This document shows, piece after piece, positions 56,004 through 64,000 of a stretch of DNA of 64,000 nucleotides. This DNA is from an uncultured archaeon (GTDB lineage Archaea > Thermoproteota > EX4484-205 > JAAOZP01). The stretch lies in the NCBI GenBank assembly GCA_938045545.1, contig CALIBN010000007.1, forward strand, positions 16,073 to 80,072. Reading direction: 5' to 3'. The notes beneath the pieces were generated by a model. It worked only from the letters and a program-made list of their open reading frames with translations, had not been told where the DNA came from and ran no database searches. The first letter of the stretch is position 1. Each line of letters begins with the position of its first letter. The position numbers were made by a program, and so were the translations under genes.

Positions 56004-57053
56004 TTAGCGGCTGTGCTTATTTCCTTTTAGCGCGCCTATCTCGGAAGTATAGAGAATTAGTCGGTCTACCTCCGTGCTCCATCCAAGCTCCCTGGTGTGA
56101 TTCGGATCCACCGCCTCAACCCATATTAGCCACCTGTCGCCCCTTATCTTGTCGAATAAGGCTTGAGCATAGGTGTGAATCGGGTACTCGGCGTGTTCGA
56201 AACGTGAAAGCGGCGTCCAAACTTTTTCGAAAATAGTTTCTAGATTAAGCCTTCCTAAATCAATACTGTAGGCGACAAAATGTTTGGTAAGCGCGTTTCC
56301 CCTTATCACGTCCAGCGTTTTCGTGCCGATGAAAATCAGACCCGTTGAGCCTGGGATTATTGAGCCGCTGAGCAGGAAGAAGTCTGGTTGACTCTTGCCG
56401 TCAACAGTAGGTACTCCAAGCTTAACCCAGTTCTTCCCATCGCTACCGACAGCCAACGCCGTCTTCACGATGCTTGTGCCCGCCCTCCTAGCCTTGTAGA
56501 GGCAGAAGTATCTGCCATCAACTATGTCTATAGTGGCGTCTCTCGATTCTCCACTGTCGTATTCCTCGCTTCCTCTGATTACGAAGCCTTCAGGCTCCCA
56601 TGGGCCGGAAGGGTCTTCCGAAGTAAGTAGGAAGGTTTCCCACCTGCTCTCTGTGAAAGCCTTCCCCTCGACAACCAAGTTCTCCCTTGAAACATTCAGC
56701 GAAAGATAAAGATGGTATCTCCCAGTCAAAGGGTCTTTTAAAAGCTGCTGGTTCTCTATGCTTAGAATCTGGTTTTCCGTCATCTTGCTCAACTCTTCCT
56801 TAGTAATCCATGTTACCAGACCATAATTCTCACCGTCCTTCGACCTGTATATTTCCACAGCGTACCCTCTCTTCATTTCCCTCATCTCCCTGGGCCTACT
56901 CGTCAACCAGTATTCCCTATTCTCCTCATCGATCCACATTTTTCCAGCGCCGCACCAAGAGCCAGGGTTGAAATTGGGAGGGTCGAGGAGCACCTTGTTA
57001 AACCTTCTTTTGGAGAAGATGGCTTGAGGCGGGTATAGGCCATACCAGCTCAT
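56004..57053 (-). CDS. Beta-propeller glycosidase-like protein with BNR-type SxDxGxxW motifs (cytoplasmic)
   Basis: Motifs SKDGENYG, SEDPSGPW and GSDGKNWVK. Length is 349 aa. No signal peptide. Confidence 0.4.
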   Translation of the reverse strand: MSWYGLYPPQAIFSKRRFNKVLLDPPNFNPGSWCGAGKMWIDEENREYWLTSRPREMREMKRGYAVEIYRSKDGENYGLVTWITKEELSKMTENQILSIENQQLLKDPLTGRYHLYLSLNVSRENLVVEGKAFTESRWETFLLTSEDPSGPWEPEGFVIRGSEEYDSGESRDATIDIVDGRYFCLYKARRAGTSIVKTALAVGSDGKNWVKLGVPTVDGKSQPDFFLLSGSIIPGSTGLIFIGTKTLDVIRGNALTKHFVAYSIDLGRLNLETIFEKVWTPLSRFEHAEYPIHTYAQALFDKIRGDRWLIWVEAVDPNHTRELGWSTEVDRLILYTSEIGALKGNKHSR

Positions 57054-57107
57054 AACAACACTGAGAAAAGAAGTGTTATTTAAGGCTTCGCCATTGTTTT
57101 CACTTTT

Positions 57108-58084
57108 CTATATTGCGGCTCGTAGTCTTTTCCACTCGTCTATGAAAGCCTGAACATTCTCCCATGGCCACTGCTCGCGGATAGAGGGTACTGCGTGAAG
57201 AATAAAGCCTCTTCGGCCGAAAACTTGGAAAGCATTCTGAACTGCTTTACGCACAGTCTCCAGCTTCCCCTGGCCTATTTGGATGGGTGCGCTAACACCC
57301 CCCAGATACACTTTCTACCGCCAAGCTTCTAAGCCACGATCCTCATGTCTTGGTTTCCAAGAGCCGGCTCGATGCCGTCATAAGCGTCGAAAGGGAGTTC
57401 AGCCAAATAGTCTAATATGGGCATCACGCCTGTGCAAACCGTGTAGCTGCAAACCCTGCCGGCGGAATGTGCCAGCTCAGCCTCCTCTCGCAACCTTTCC
57501 CCCAAAAAGGTTTGTAGCTGCCTAGGGCTCCAGAAATCCGTGGTCTCGTAGAAGCCGTTGCGGCGCACAATGTCCACACCATTTTCGACCAAGGCTCTAG
57601 CCTTCACCATTCTTTTCTGAAAGGCTTCAACCTCCCGCCTTCCTGGAGGCATGTGCACATAAGCCCAGCGCTTAACATCCTCCATGTTTTCAAGCCAAGG
57701 CTTAACGAAGCGGGAAACGTAAGTCTGAGAGTAGCGGTATTTCCATGCCATGTGGCCAATCAGGGGTTCTCCTTACAGCGGCGGTAAGAGGCACGGCGGG
57801 CGTCGTGATCCCTCGTGAAGAATGGGATAGGGCTCACCCGGTGTCTCCCAAACCCTAAAAGATACTTCAGGATGCTGGCCCGCTGGAACATCCAAGGGTA
57901 TAACAGGGTCGATGCCTAGCTCCTCTGCTTGTAACCGGAGTGCTTGCTCACCATAGGGATCTTGCTGTTGCCAGTCCCTATACTTACCAGGCTCAACCTG
58001 GGGCTCGCTGAAAAAAGTTGAGAGCGACACATAGTCCACATCCCCTCGGCGCATAGCTACTATCACGCGTTCACGAGAGTTCAT
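57108..58084 (-). pseudogene. Disrupted URO-D-family (MtaA-like) methyltransferase pseudogene in three ORF fragments
   Basis: The N-terminal fragment 57773..58084 (SRERVIVAMRRGDVDYVS…), middle fragment 57329..57751 (…YDGIEPALGNQDMRIVA) and C-terminal fragment 57108..57311 are colinear with the intact paralog 61635..62732. They are separated by frame changes and a stop. Confidence 0.55.
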
Positions 58085-58195
58085 CCATTTCTACCTAATT
58101 TACATCCAGCGACTTGCTTACACATATGTTTTTGAATCGTGTTCCTGATCAACTTTTAACGGGTATTCAAAAGGAGCACCGTATTAAACTCAGAT

Positions 58196-59326
58196 TTAGA
58201 ATATGTCTTCCGCGTAGGCTACACCTGCCGCATGTATGCCCCATTCTCGATATTTTAAGCATGTGGCTGAGTAATAAGCCGTATAGATGGTTCCGTCATC
58301 AAGCTGGACACTACTTGGGTATCCGCAGTCAGCGTCTGTCGCATAAGAGACTAAGGCGGCTCTCCTGTTAAACATCCATGATCGGCCGCCGTCGAGGCTT
58401 ATCACCGCATGAACCCCGTAAGGTACCTTCCGGTGTCCAAAGGTTAGCAAAACCTTCCCGCTCTTAAGGTAACAAAGGTCCCCGGGGTGTTCACCGCCAC
58501 CAGTCACCTGTTTAGGCTCAGACCATGTGTAACCCATGTCTCGAGAGCGACTGATGGCAACGCATTCGCCGCCACCCTGAGCATGGGGTCCGCGGAGGGC
58601 TGCCAACAAGTCTCCATCGGGTAATTGTAGAAGAGCGGTTTCATTATATCCTTTAGCGACGATGGTTAAATCCTTCCATGTGAAACCATTGTCCTCGGAG
58701 CGTAGAATATAGCTGGTCTCTATCGAGCCTTCTAAAGTATATTCTTGAGAGTAAACAGACATAAGAATAGTTCCATCATCCGTCTGAAGCATTCTCCCAT
58801 AGGGTGAAACCGCCCCTTTAAACGGAAACTCCAGCGGCTCTGGCTTACTCCACTCCCTACCACCGTTGGTCGACCTCGTTACGAACATTTGCCACCTCAT
58901 CCCATTCCTCTTCCACAACCCATTCTCATAACCCCAGACTCTTGCAAAGGCAACCAGCAGAGTACCGTCCTTCAATTGACATAGCGCCGGATTCCTATCG
59001 TCAGTCTGAGAAACAGTTACGATTCTTGGCATTGTCCATGTCTTACCCCCGTCTTTAGATAACGAGAGTTCCAAGCGGCCTCGTTGACCAACATGGTAAT
59101 CCCCCATGCGGAAGACAACCGCTAGGTTTCCGTCACGGAGTTTAGTCAAAACCGGGAAATATCCACCCATAGGAGTTATAAGATATCTTCTAACCCGCTT
59201 AAGGGAACCAACCATCGCCTCATCGCAAAACTGCATTCCATACTCGAACTCCTCATCGGCTTTCATGTTTTTCCACGGCCCACCGTTTTTCCATATGCGG
59301 GCATTCTTATTAATTTTGATGTTCAT
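58196..59326 (-). CDS. BNR-repeat sialidase-like beta-propeller protein (cytoplasmic)
   Basis: Motifs SKDGGKTW, STNGGREW, SEDNGFTW, SRDMGYTW and SLDGGRSW. Length is 376 aa. No signal peptide. Confidence 0.65.
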   Translation of the reverse strand: MNIKINKNARIWKNGGPWKNMKADEEFEYGMQFCDEAMVGSLKRVRRYLITPMGGYFPVLTKLRDGNLAVVFRMGDYHVGQRGRLELSLSKDGGKTWTMPRIVTVSQTDDRNPALCQLKDGTLLVAFARVWGYENGLWKRNGMRWQMFVTRSTNGGREWSKPEPLEFPFKGAVSPYGRMLQTDDGTILMSVYSQEYTLEGSIETSYILRSEDNGFTWKDLTIVAKGYNETALLQLPDGDLLAALRGPHAQGGGECVAISRSRDMGYTWSEPKQVTGGGEHPGDLCYLKSGKVLLTFGHRKVPYGVHAVISLDGGRSWMFNRRAALVSYATDADCGYPSSVQLDDGTIYTAYYSATCLKYREWGIHAAGVAYAEDIF

Positions 59327-59463
59327 GCTTGCGGGATAAGTATCACCATTGCCATTCGTATCCGCGTGCTAGCTGTGTAGGTGAGCTTTTCCTCACTATA
59401 GTCGCAGAATGTTAACGCAAGAAACTAGGAATTTAAGGTTGTTTTTCACACGCATCAAACGTT

Positions 59464-60312
59464 TTATTCTGCCCTAACCAATAACACTATGGTTTGAGGC
59501 CCGATTTGGAGTGCTAATGCCTTTAGTTTTTCTCTACAGTAAAACGGAGAATAAATTATCGTCATGTTTCCCTGCTTTAAAACATACTGTGCGAATTCTC
59601 CACCATCCCGGGTCCAAGGCAGAATAGGGATTATCTCAAACGATCCATCCTCATACTCCACTTTAACCCCGGCGGAGAACATCTCAACCTCAGATACGGG
59701 TGTATTACCGTAAAAACATTCATGGAGGCGGAGTATTGTTGGCGCAAGGTAGGTGAAGACTACTCCTCTGAAGACTATTTTCGTACCGTTCTCCAGCTCG
59801 CTCGCCGTTACCAGCAGGTATCTGAACCTTAAGCCTCCCACTGTAACAAAATCTTCTGAAAGATCCAGGTTTTCGTAAAGCGGTATTTGCCTTGACGCAA
59901 CCCGATGAATCTCAGGGATCGTCACCGCTGATAGCAGGACAACGATTACAGCTAAACTTAGAATATTAAGCATCCTACTCTTTCTTACACTCATCTGTTC
60001 AACGAGCTGTGTAAACCGTAAAGCCTCCCTCCCATCGTCACTTATCACATACTTTCCATAGGCGTCCTGTTTCACAAGGTCTCTCAGCCTCTCTAAGTGG
60101 TACTGAAGATGGCCACTGCTCTCCATCCCCAGAGCCTTTTTAAGCTCCGAAAAGCCCATGGGTTCCTGCCGAAGAACCTTCAATATCCTTATCCTCACGG
60201 GATGCGCGAGAACGTCGAAGAGCTCAGCCCTTCTTATAGAATCATCCCTCTCCATTGATTCCGAATGTTTCACACATGATTTAAGGCTTTTCAAGTCTAA
60301 AATTCTGGACAA
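59464..60312 (-). CDS. ArsR-type winged-helix transcription regulator fused to a TM helix and an extracytoplasmic domain
   Basis: N-terminal AELFDVLAHPVRIRILKVLRQEPMGFSELKKALGMESSGHLQYHLERL is an ArsR HTH. A TM helix (LNILSLAVIVVLLSAVTI) and a ~150-aa C-terminal domain follow. Confidence 0.55.
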   Translation of the reverse strand: MSRILDLKSLKSCVKHSESMERDDSIRRAELFDVLAHPVRIRILKVLRQEPMGFSELKKALGMESSGHLQYHLERLRDLVKQDAYGKYVISDDGREALRFTQLVEQMSVRKSRMLNILSLAVIVVLLSAVTIPEIHRVASRQIPLYENLDLSEDFVTVGGLRFRYLLVTASELENGTKIVFRGVVFTYLAPTILRLHECFYGNTPVSEVEMFSAGVKVEYEDGSFEIIPILPWTRDGGEFAQYVLKQGNMTIIYSPFYCREKLKALALQIGPQTIVLLVRAE

Positions 60313-60380
60313 GCAGGAATATAGATACCTGATTAGGTCTAGAAGAGAGGCATTATATATGCACTTCTAAATACTCCTTA

Positions 60381-61109
60381 ATGGAAGGAGGTGAGAAGAT
60401 GAGAACAGTAAAAGTGCTGTCTAGGAGAAGTTCTACTATCTTAAGTTTTGCTCTAATTTCCTTTCTCGCGGCAATAGTGCTGTTACAGGGTAAGGTGAGG
60501 AGTCAAGCGGCCGGTCCAGAAAAATTAATCCCGATCAATATTCAAGCAATAAAGCTCGAGAATCCTACAAACGATCCGTACAAATGGCCCCCTCCGTTCG
60601 TAAGGGAAATCATGTTGGATGACGGAAGAGTATTGAAAGTTAACCTCTGGGGCTTCATCCTCAGGGCTACAGGGCAACTTATTAAAGAGGAGGGGTATTT
60701 CTGGATCGCATCTTGGAAGTTCATGTATATTGCCGGATCCCCTAAAGGTTCAAGCTCCGCGAAAGCCACCCTTCATTTCACATTCTTGACCTTTGAGAGG
60801 CCGGAGCCATCTTCAATAGGCGAACCAATCGGAGGAGTGCTTTCTCCTCGAGAGGCCCGCCTACATGGCGGTTTCTATGAACCGGCGGGTGCACCGATAT
60901 GGGTAACAATCACGTGGGAACCGGCGGACAGGCCAATAATAGTATCTACCTACTGCGCCGAAACCAGAAGAGGGCAAGGCTATCAAATCACTGGAGGTAG
61001 CTGGACCGGAAACCTGACGGTACTCGACTCGGGAATCAACTATGTTGTAGTGGGGAACCCAAATGACGATGTCACTATAACGTATTCAGGCGAGTTAATC
61101 TGGCCATAA
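60381..61109 (+). CDS. Secreted/membrane-anchored hypothetical protein
   Basis: 242 aa with an N-terminal signal/anchor (ILSFALISFLAAIVLL). No recognised motifs. It is divergent from the ArsR-like gene. Confidence 0.4.
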   Translation: MEGGEKMRTVKVLSRRSSTILSFALISFLAAIVLLQGKVRSQAAGPEKLIPINIQAIKLENPTNDPYKWPPPFVREIMLDDGRVLKVNLWGFILRATGQLIKEEGYFWIASWKFMYIAGSPKGSSSAKATLHFTFLTFERPEPSSIGEPIGGVLSPREARLHGGFYEPAGAPIWVTITWEPADRPIIVSTYCAETRRGQGYQITGGSWTGNLTVLDSGINYVVVGNPNDDVTITYSGELIWP

Positions 61110-61634
61110 TCCAACTCTATACTCAATCTCCTCTCTCTTATTTTTCCGCTTCGCTGTTTTAAACACGACATTCTCTTAATAAATTTGAGACCATGTTTAT
61201 GGAATAAGTATCAGCGTCATCCCTTATATTCTGTCAGGCGATATGCGCTAAATAGTGATGCAGCGCACCTATACGATTGCTGCCCCTTCTTGAGAGAAAT
61301 GTTCATGATGTTTCCTATGACCTTTGGCATCGATCTGCATAGACAGTTATTGCCGCGAAGAGTCAGGGGCCTCTTACTGAAGCCAAAAATATGAATAGGG
61401 CAGAAATATTTCACTTCTTTCCAATTTCAGAGGAAACTGAATGCAATTTTGAAATCAAGAATGAGTTAAACGCTTCCCTACTGGATTTTAGATTTAGCTG
61501 ATGAAGTTACAGGCCTCATAAAACTTCGAGAGAGGCTTAAATACATGAGGCTTGAATGATGCTGGACAAACAAATTCAAATATTGGAAAATGACAGATGA
61601 AATAAAAATGAAGGCATGAGGTTTAGGAAGGTCT

Positions 61635-62732
61635 TTACGTATATTCTCCGTATTTTCTGATCAGCTTTATGTATTCTTGAAATGCGCTGAAAGAAACATC
61701 AGGCGGCACACTGTGGTCTGAACATGCTATGTATCCCCCGCCTTTTTTTGCGACGGGTATCTTGCGGGATATTTCAACCTCAATCTCCTTGGGGTTGCCA
61801 ATCTTCCTTGCATCGAGGTTTCCAATGAAGGAAAGGGTCTTCCCATATTTCTCTTTCAGCTCGACAACATCCATTCCCGCCTTAACTTCCATCGGCTGTA
61901 AGGCCGTGAAACCAGCTTCGATCAATTTCGGGATCAACAGGTTCACGTTGCCGTCAGTATGCAATATGGTCGGCATATTCCTCACCCTATAGGCAGAGGT
62001 CATTTGAGCATGCGCCGGCTTCACGAACTCGTCGTAAACCTTCGGGGAGAAGAACGGCCCCTTGTTGTAACCTATATCGTCCCAAACCCACAGTCCGTCA
62101 ACTCCTAGCTTAAGATAGGTTTCCACGATCCTTGAGAAATACTGGCCCAAATGTCTGAAAATATACTTAACGAGGTCCGGATCCCTGTGGATCGCGACTA
62201 ACACCTTGTCCACGCTTTCCCCAAGTATATGTCTAGTTGCTTCAAAAGGGCCTATTATCGAGCAGAATACGGCGTAATGCTCCTTCAACCTCCTTATGCC
62301 TTCCTCAAGCTCCCTCTTAAACGGGTATCTGCTGCTTGAAACCCTGATTGGCAGCTCAGGGTCTAACAGGGGCTCAAGCTTCTCTTTAAAATCCTCAATC
62401 GTCGAGACCGATGGTGGTCCAGCGGGATGAGGCGTACCGCTCCTACCGATCCAAGCCTTCACCCTCACGCCCCAGGAATCTATGTATGTTCGAAACTTAT
62501 CATTCTCTTCGAGTATGATGGTGTCATACTTAGGACTTACATCCGGACCTATTAGGTAGATATCGTAGCCAAAATAATCATGTAAGGAAACTCCTCTAGG
62601 CAGGCCCTCGCTATACCATCTCTCCAGGGTTTCGCCCCATGGGAAATCTATGAAGGGAACCCTGTCTGCCTCCTCGTGGTTTAACACTCTTAACACCCGT
62701 TCCCTCGAATCCATGTTTTTCAAAAATCCCAC
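61635..62732 (-). CDS. URO-D-family methylcobamide methyltransferase (MtaA/MtbA-like)
   Basis: N-terminal SRERVLRVLNHEEADRVPFID matches the URO-D/MtaA opening. Length is 365 aa. It is the intact paralog of the pseudogene at 57108..58084. Confidence 0.7.
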   Translation of the reverse strand: MGFLKNMDSRERVLRVLNHEEADRVPFIDFPWGETLERWYSEGLPRGVSLHDYFGYDIYLIGPDVSPKYDTIILEENDKFRTYIDSWGVRVKAWIGRSGTPHPAGPPSVSTIEDFKEKLEPLLDPELPIRVSSSRYPFKRELEEGIRRLKEHYAVFCSIIGPFEATRHILGESVDKVLVAIHRDPDLVKYIFRHLGQYFSRIVETYLKLGVDGLWVWDDIGYNKGPFFSPKVYDEFVKPAHAQMTSAYRVRNMPTILHTDGNVNLLIPKLIEAGFTALQPMEVKAGMDVVELKEKYGKTLSFIGNLDARKIGNPKEIEVEISRKIPVAKKGGGYIACSDHSVPPDVSFSAFQEYIKLIRKYGEYT

Positions 62733-62782
62733 TTATTACTTAAATCTATCCCCTAAGACAAAAAGGGATGAGCCACATGTTC

Positions 62783-63970
62783 TCAAGCGGCTTTTCTAAC
62801 TAGTAAAAACAATAGGGTTGAGAGCAGTGTTAAAAAGCTGGCTGCGTAAAATATGGATGCCGGCCCAAGGCTTTCCCAGAGAAGGCCTCCCAGTATTCCT
62901 CCAAAAACCCCACCCAAACCATTGCTTAACTCTATGAATCCCATTGCTTCCCCAAGGTTTTCACCGTGGCAAATCTCTGCTGTGAGAGTCCTCCTGGCGG
63001 GGAGGTCCATAGCCCCTACGAGACCGAAAACAAAAACGTAAAGCCCCATGGATGTAAAACTATCTGATAAAGCGAGAATAATCCAGGTTGGCGAGGATGC
63101 TGCCAGATGCGTCAACATCATTCTCCAGCTTCCCTTTCTTGTTGTGACCCATGCCCAGGGAAGGAAGCCGGCCGCCAGCCCAATGTTCCAAATCGAGATG
63201 ACCATTCCGACTCCCGCCATGTCTAACCCAACGATTCTCTGGGCGAAAAGACTGATGTATGGGGAGATCATGAAGAAACCCAGTTCGTGAAAGAAGATTG
63301 AGCAACCGTAGAAGATTAGCCGTGGATTCTGCCTAAGCATGTGTAACGTTGTTCTAATGTCGACTGAGCTCGCTAAAACTTTCAGCCTGTTTCCAGGGGA
63401 TCTGCCTGTTCCTCCAGCAATATAGAGAGAATAAATCGGGATGGATAAGAGAAAAAATATTGAGGCGGTAAAAAACGGGAGTTCTACTGTAAAGATTTTT
63501 GAAAGCCAGCCTGCTAAAAATGAGCTTAGCGACGACCCGGCTAGGGTTGCAAGATAGAAAACTGCGAAGAAGAGTGGAGCCTTAGAGGATTCCGTGCTTT
63601 CAAATATTAGGGCACTATTGTTAGGCGTGAATAAGGCTGTCGAAAAACCGATTAGAATATAGAGTGATAAGGCTGTGAAAATGTTTGCTGCGAAATACAC
63701 CAGTATGCATGCTACGGCGCCCAGAATACTGGAAACTATGAGTGGGGTACGTCTACCGGTGAAGTCGGAGAGTCTGCCGAACGGCATGGAGGTGAAACTG
63801 ATGATGCCCCAGCTGACTGAGTTTAATGCACCTATTTGACTCGGAGAGACCCCCTTGCTGTTGAAAAATGGGGAGGCTATAGCCCCCTGCATTGAGGAGG
63901 CTGCCTGATGGAGCAGGCCGCCTGCAAGAACACCTTTGAAATCCCTGTTTCTCCCTTCTTTCAAACCCAT
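62783..63970 (-). CDS. MFS transporter
   Basis: Twelve predicted TM helices. Length is 395 aa. Confidence 0.7.
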   Translation of the reverse strand: MGLKEGRNRDFKGVLAGGLLHQAASSMQGAIASPFFNSKGVSPSQIGALNSVSWGIISFTSMPFGRLSDFTGRRTPLIVSSILGAVACILVYFAANIFTALSLYILIGFSTALFTPNNSALIFESTESSKAPLFFAVFYLATLAGSSLSSFLAGWLSKIFTVELPFFTASIFFLLSIPIYSLYIAGGTGRSPGNRLKVLASSVDIRTTLHMLRQNPRLIFYGCSIFFHELGFFMISPYISLFAQRIVGLDMAGVGMVISIWNIGLAAGFLPWAWVTTRKGSWRMMLTHLAASSPTWIILALSDSFTSMGLYVFVFGLVGAMDLPARRTLTAEICHGENLGEAMGFIELSNGLGGVFGGILGGLLWESLGPASIFYAASFLTLLSTLLFLLVRKAA

Positions 63971-64000
63971 TGAGGAGATCCCGTCTAATCCTTTTTTAAA

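Noticed and set aside
61185-61414. Small ORFs 61185..61394 (+) and 61217..61414 (-) in the AT-rich gap
   Set aside because: They overlap each other on opposite strands and have no recognisable motifs and odd composition. They are most likely non-coding.
1-64000. CRISPR array / cas genes / transposases / integrases
   Set aside because: No regularly spaced direct repeats were visible in any intergenic region. No ORF resembles Cas, transposase or integrase families, and no long inverted terminal repeats were noticed.

Overview
This window is archaeal-looking, on gene content. GMP synthase is a split subunit B, a MoaB/MoaD/MoaE/MoaC operon is present, TATA-like boxes sit about 25–40 nt upstream of several start codons, and there is a DNRLRE-domain surface protein. 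Genes are tightly packed, about 49 coding genes in 64 kb, on both strands. I found no rRNA, tRNA, CRISPR array or obvious transposon.

The dominant theme is glycan and amino-sugar catabolism:
- three cytoplasmic BNR/sialidase-like beta-propeller proteins;
- a GH2 beta-mannosidase and a 999-aa glycosidase;
- NagA and a YdjC/ChbG deacetylase;
- an AAC(3)-like N-acetyltransferase;
- a DapA/NAL/KDG-aldolase-family lyase and a Gfo/Idh/MocA oxidoreductase;
- MFS transporters.

Embedded in this are five other notable elements:
- **Methanol:corrinoid methyltransferase module (4588..9709).** MtaC corrinoid protein, MtaB, a divergently encoded RACo/RamA-type reductive activase and a URO-D-like protein. 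A second URO-D/MtaA-like paralog and a three-fragment URO-D pseudogene lie further downstream. No mcr or mtr genes are in the window.
- **LctBCD-like EtfB–EtfA–FAD oxidase operon (27769..30930).**
- **Three consecutive ABC half-exporters (9788..16234)** with a DUF1854-like partner and an N-terminal PH-like fusion.
- **A radical-SAM-rich neighbourhood (43234..47250)** with a B12-binding radical SAM, a Mut7-C RNase-like protein, a PflA-like radical SAM carrying an atypical Cx4Cx2C motif, and MoaA.
- **The best candidate for an undescribed system (47432..56001).** Two paralogous polytopic membrane proteins share an E(R/K)LPFP motif. They flank a 1505-aa protein that looks like a tandem FtsX-type permease. 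Its first extracytoplasmic loop carries a catalytically degenerate PA/M28-peptidase-like domain.

All calls rest on reading the translations and recalling family motifs. No database searches were run.
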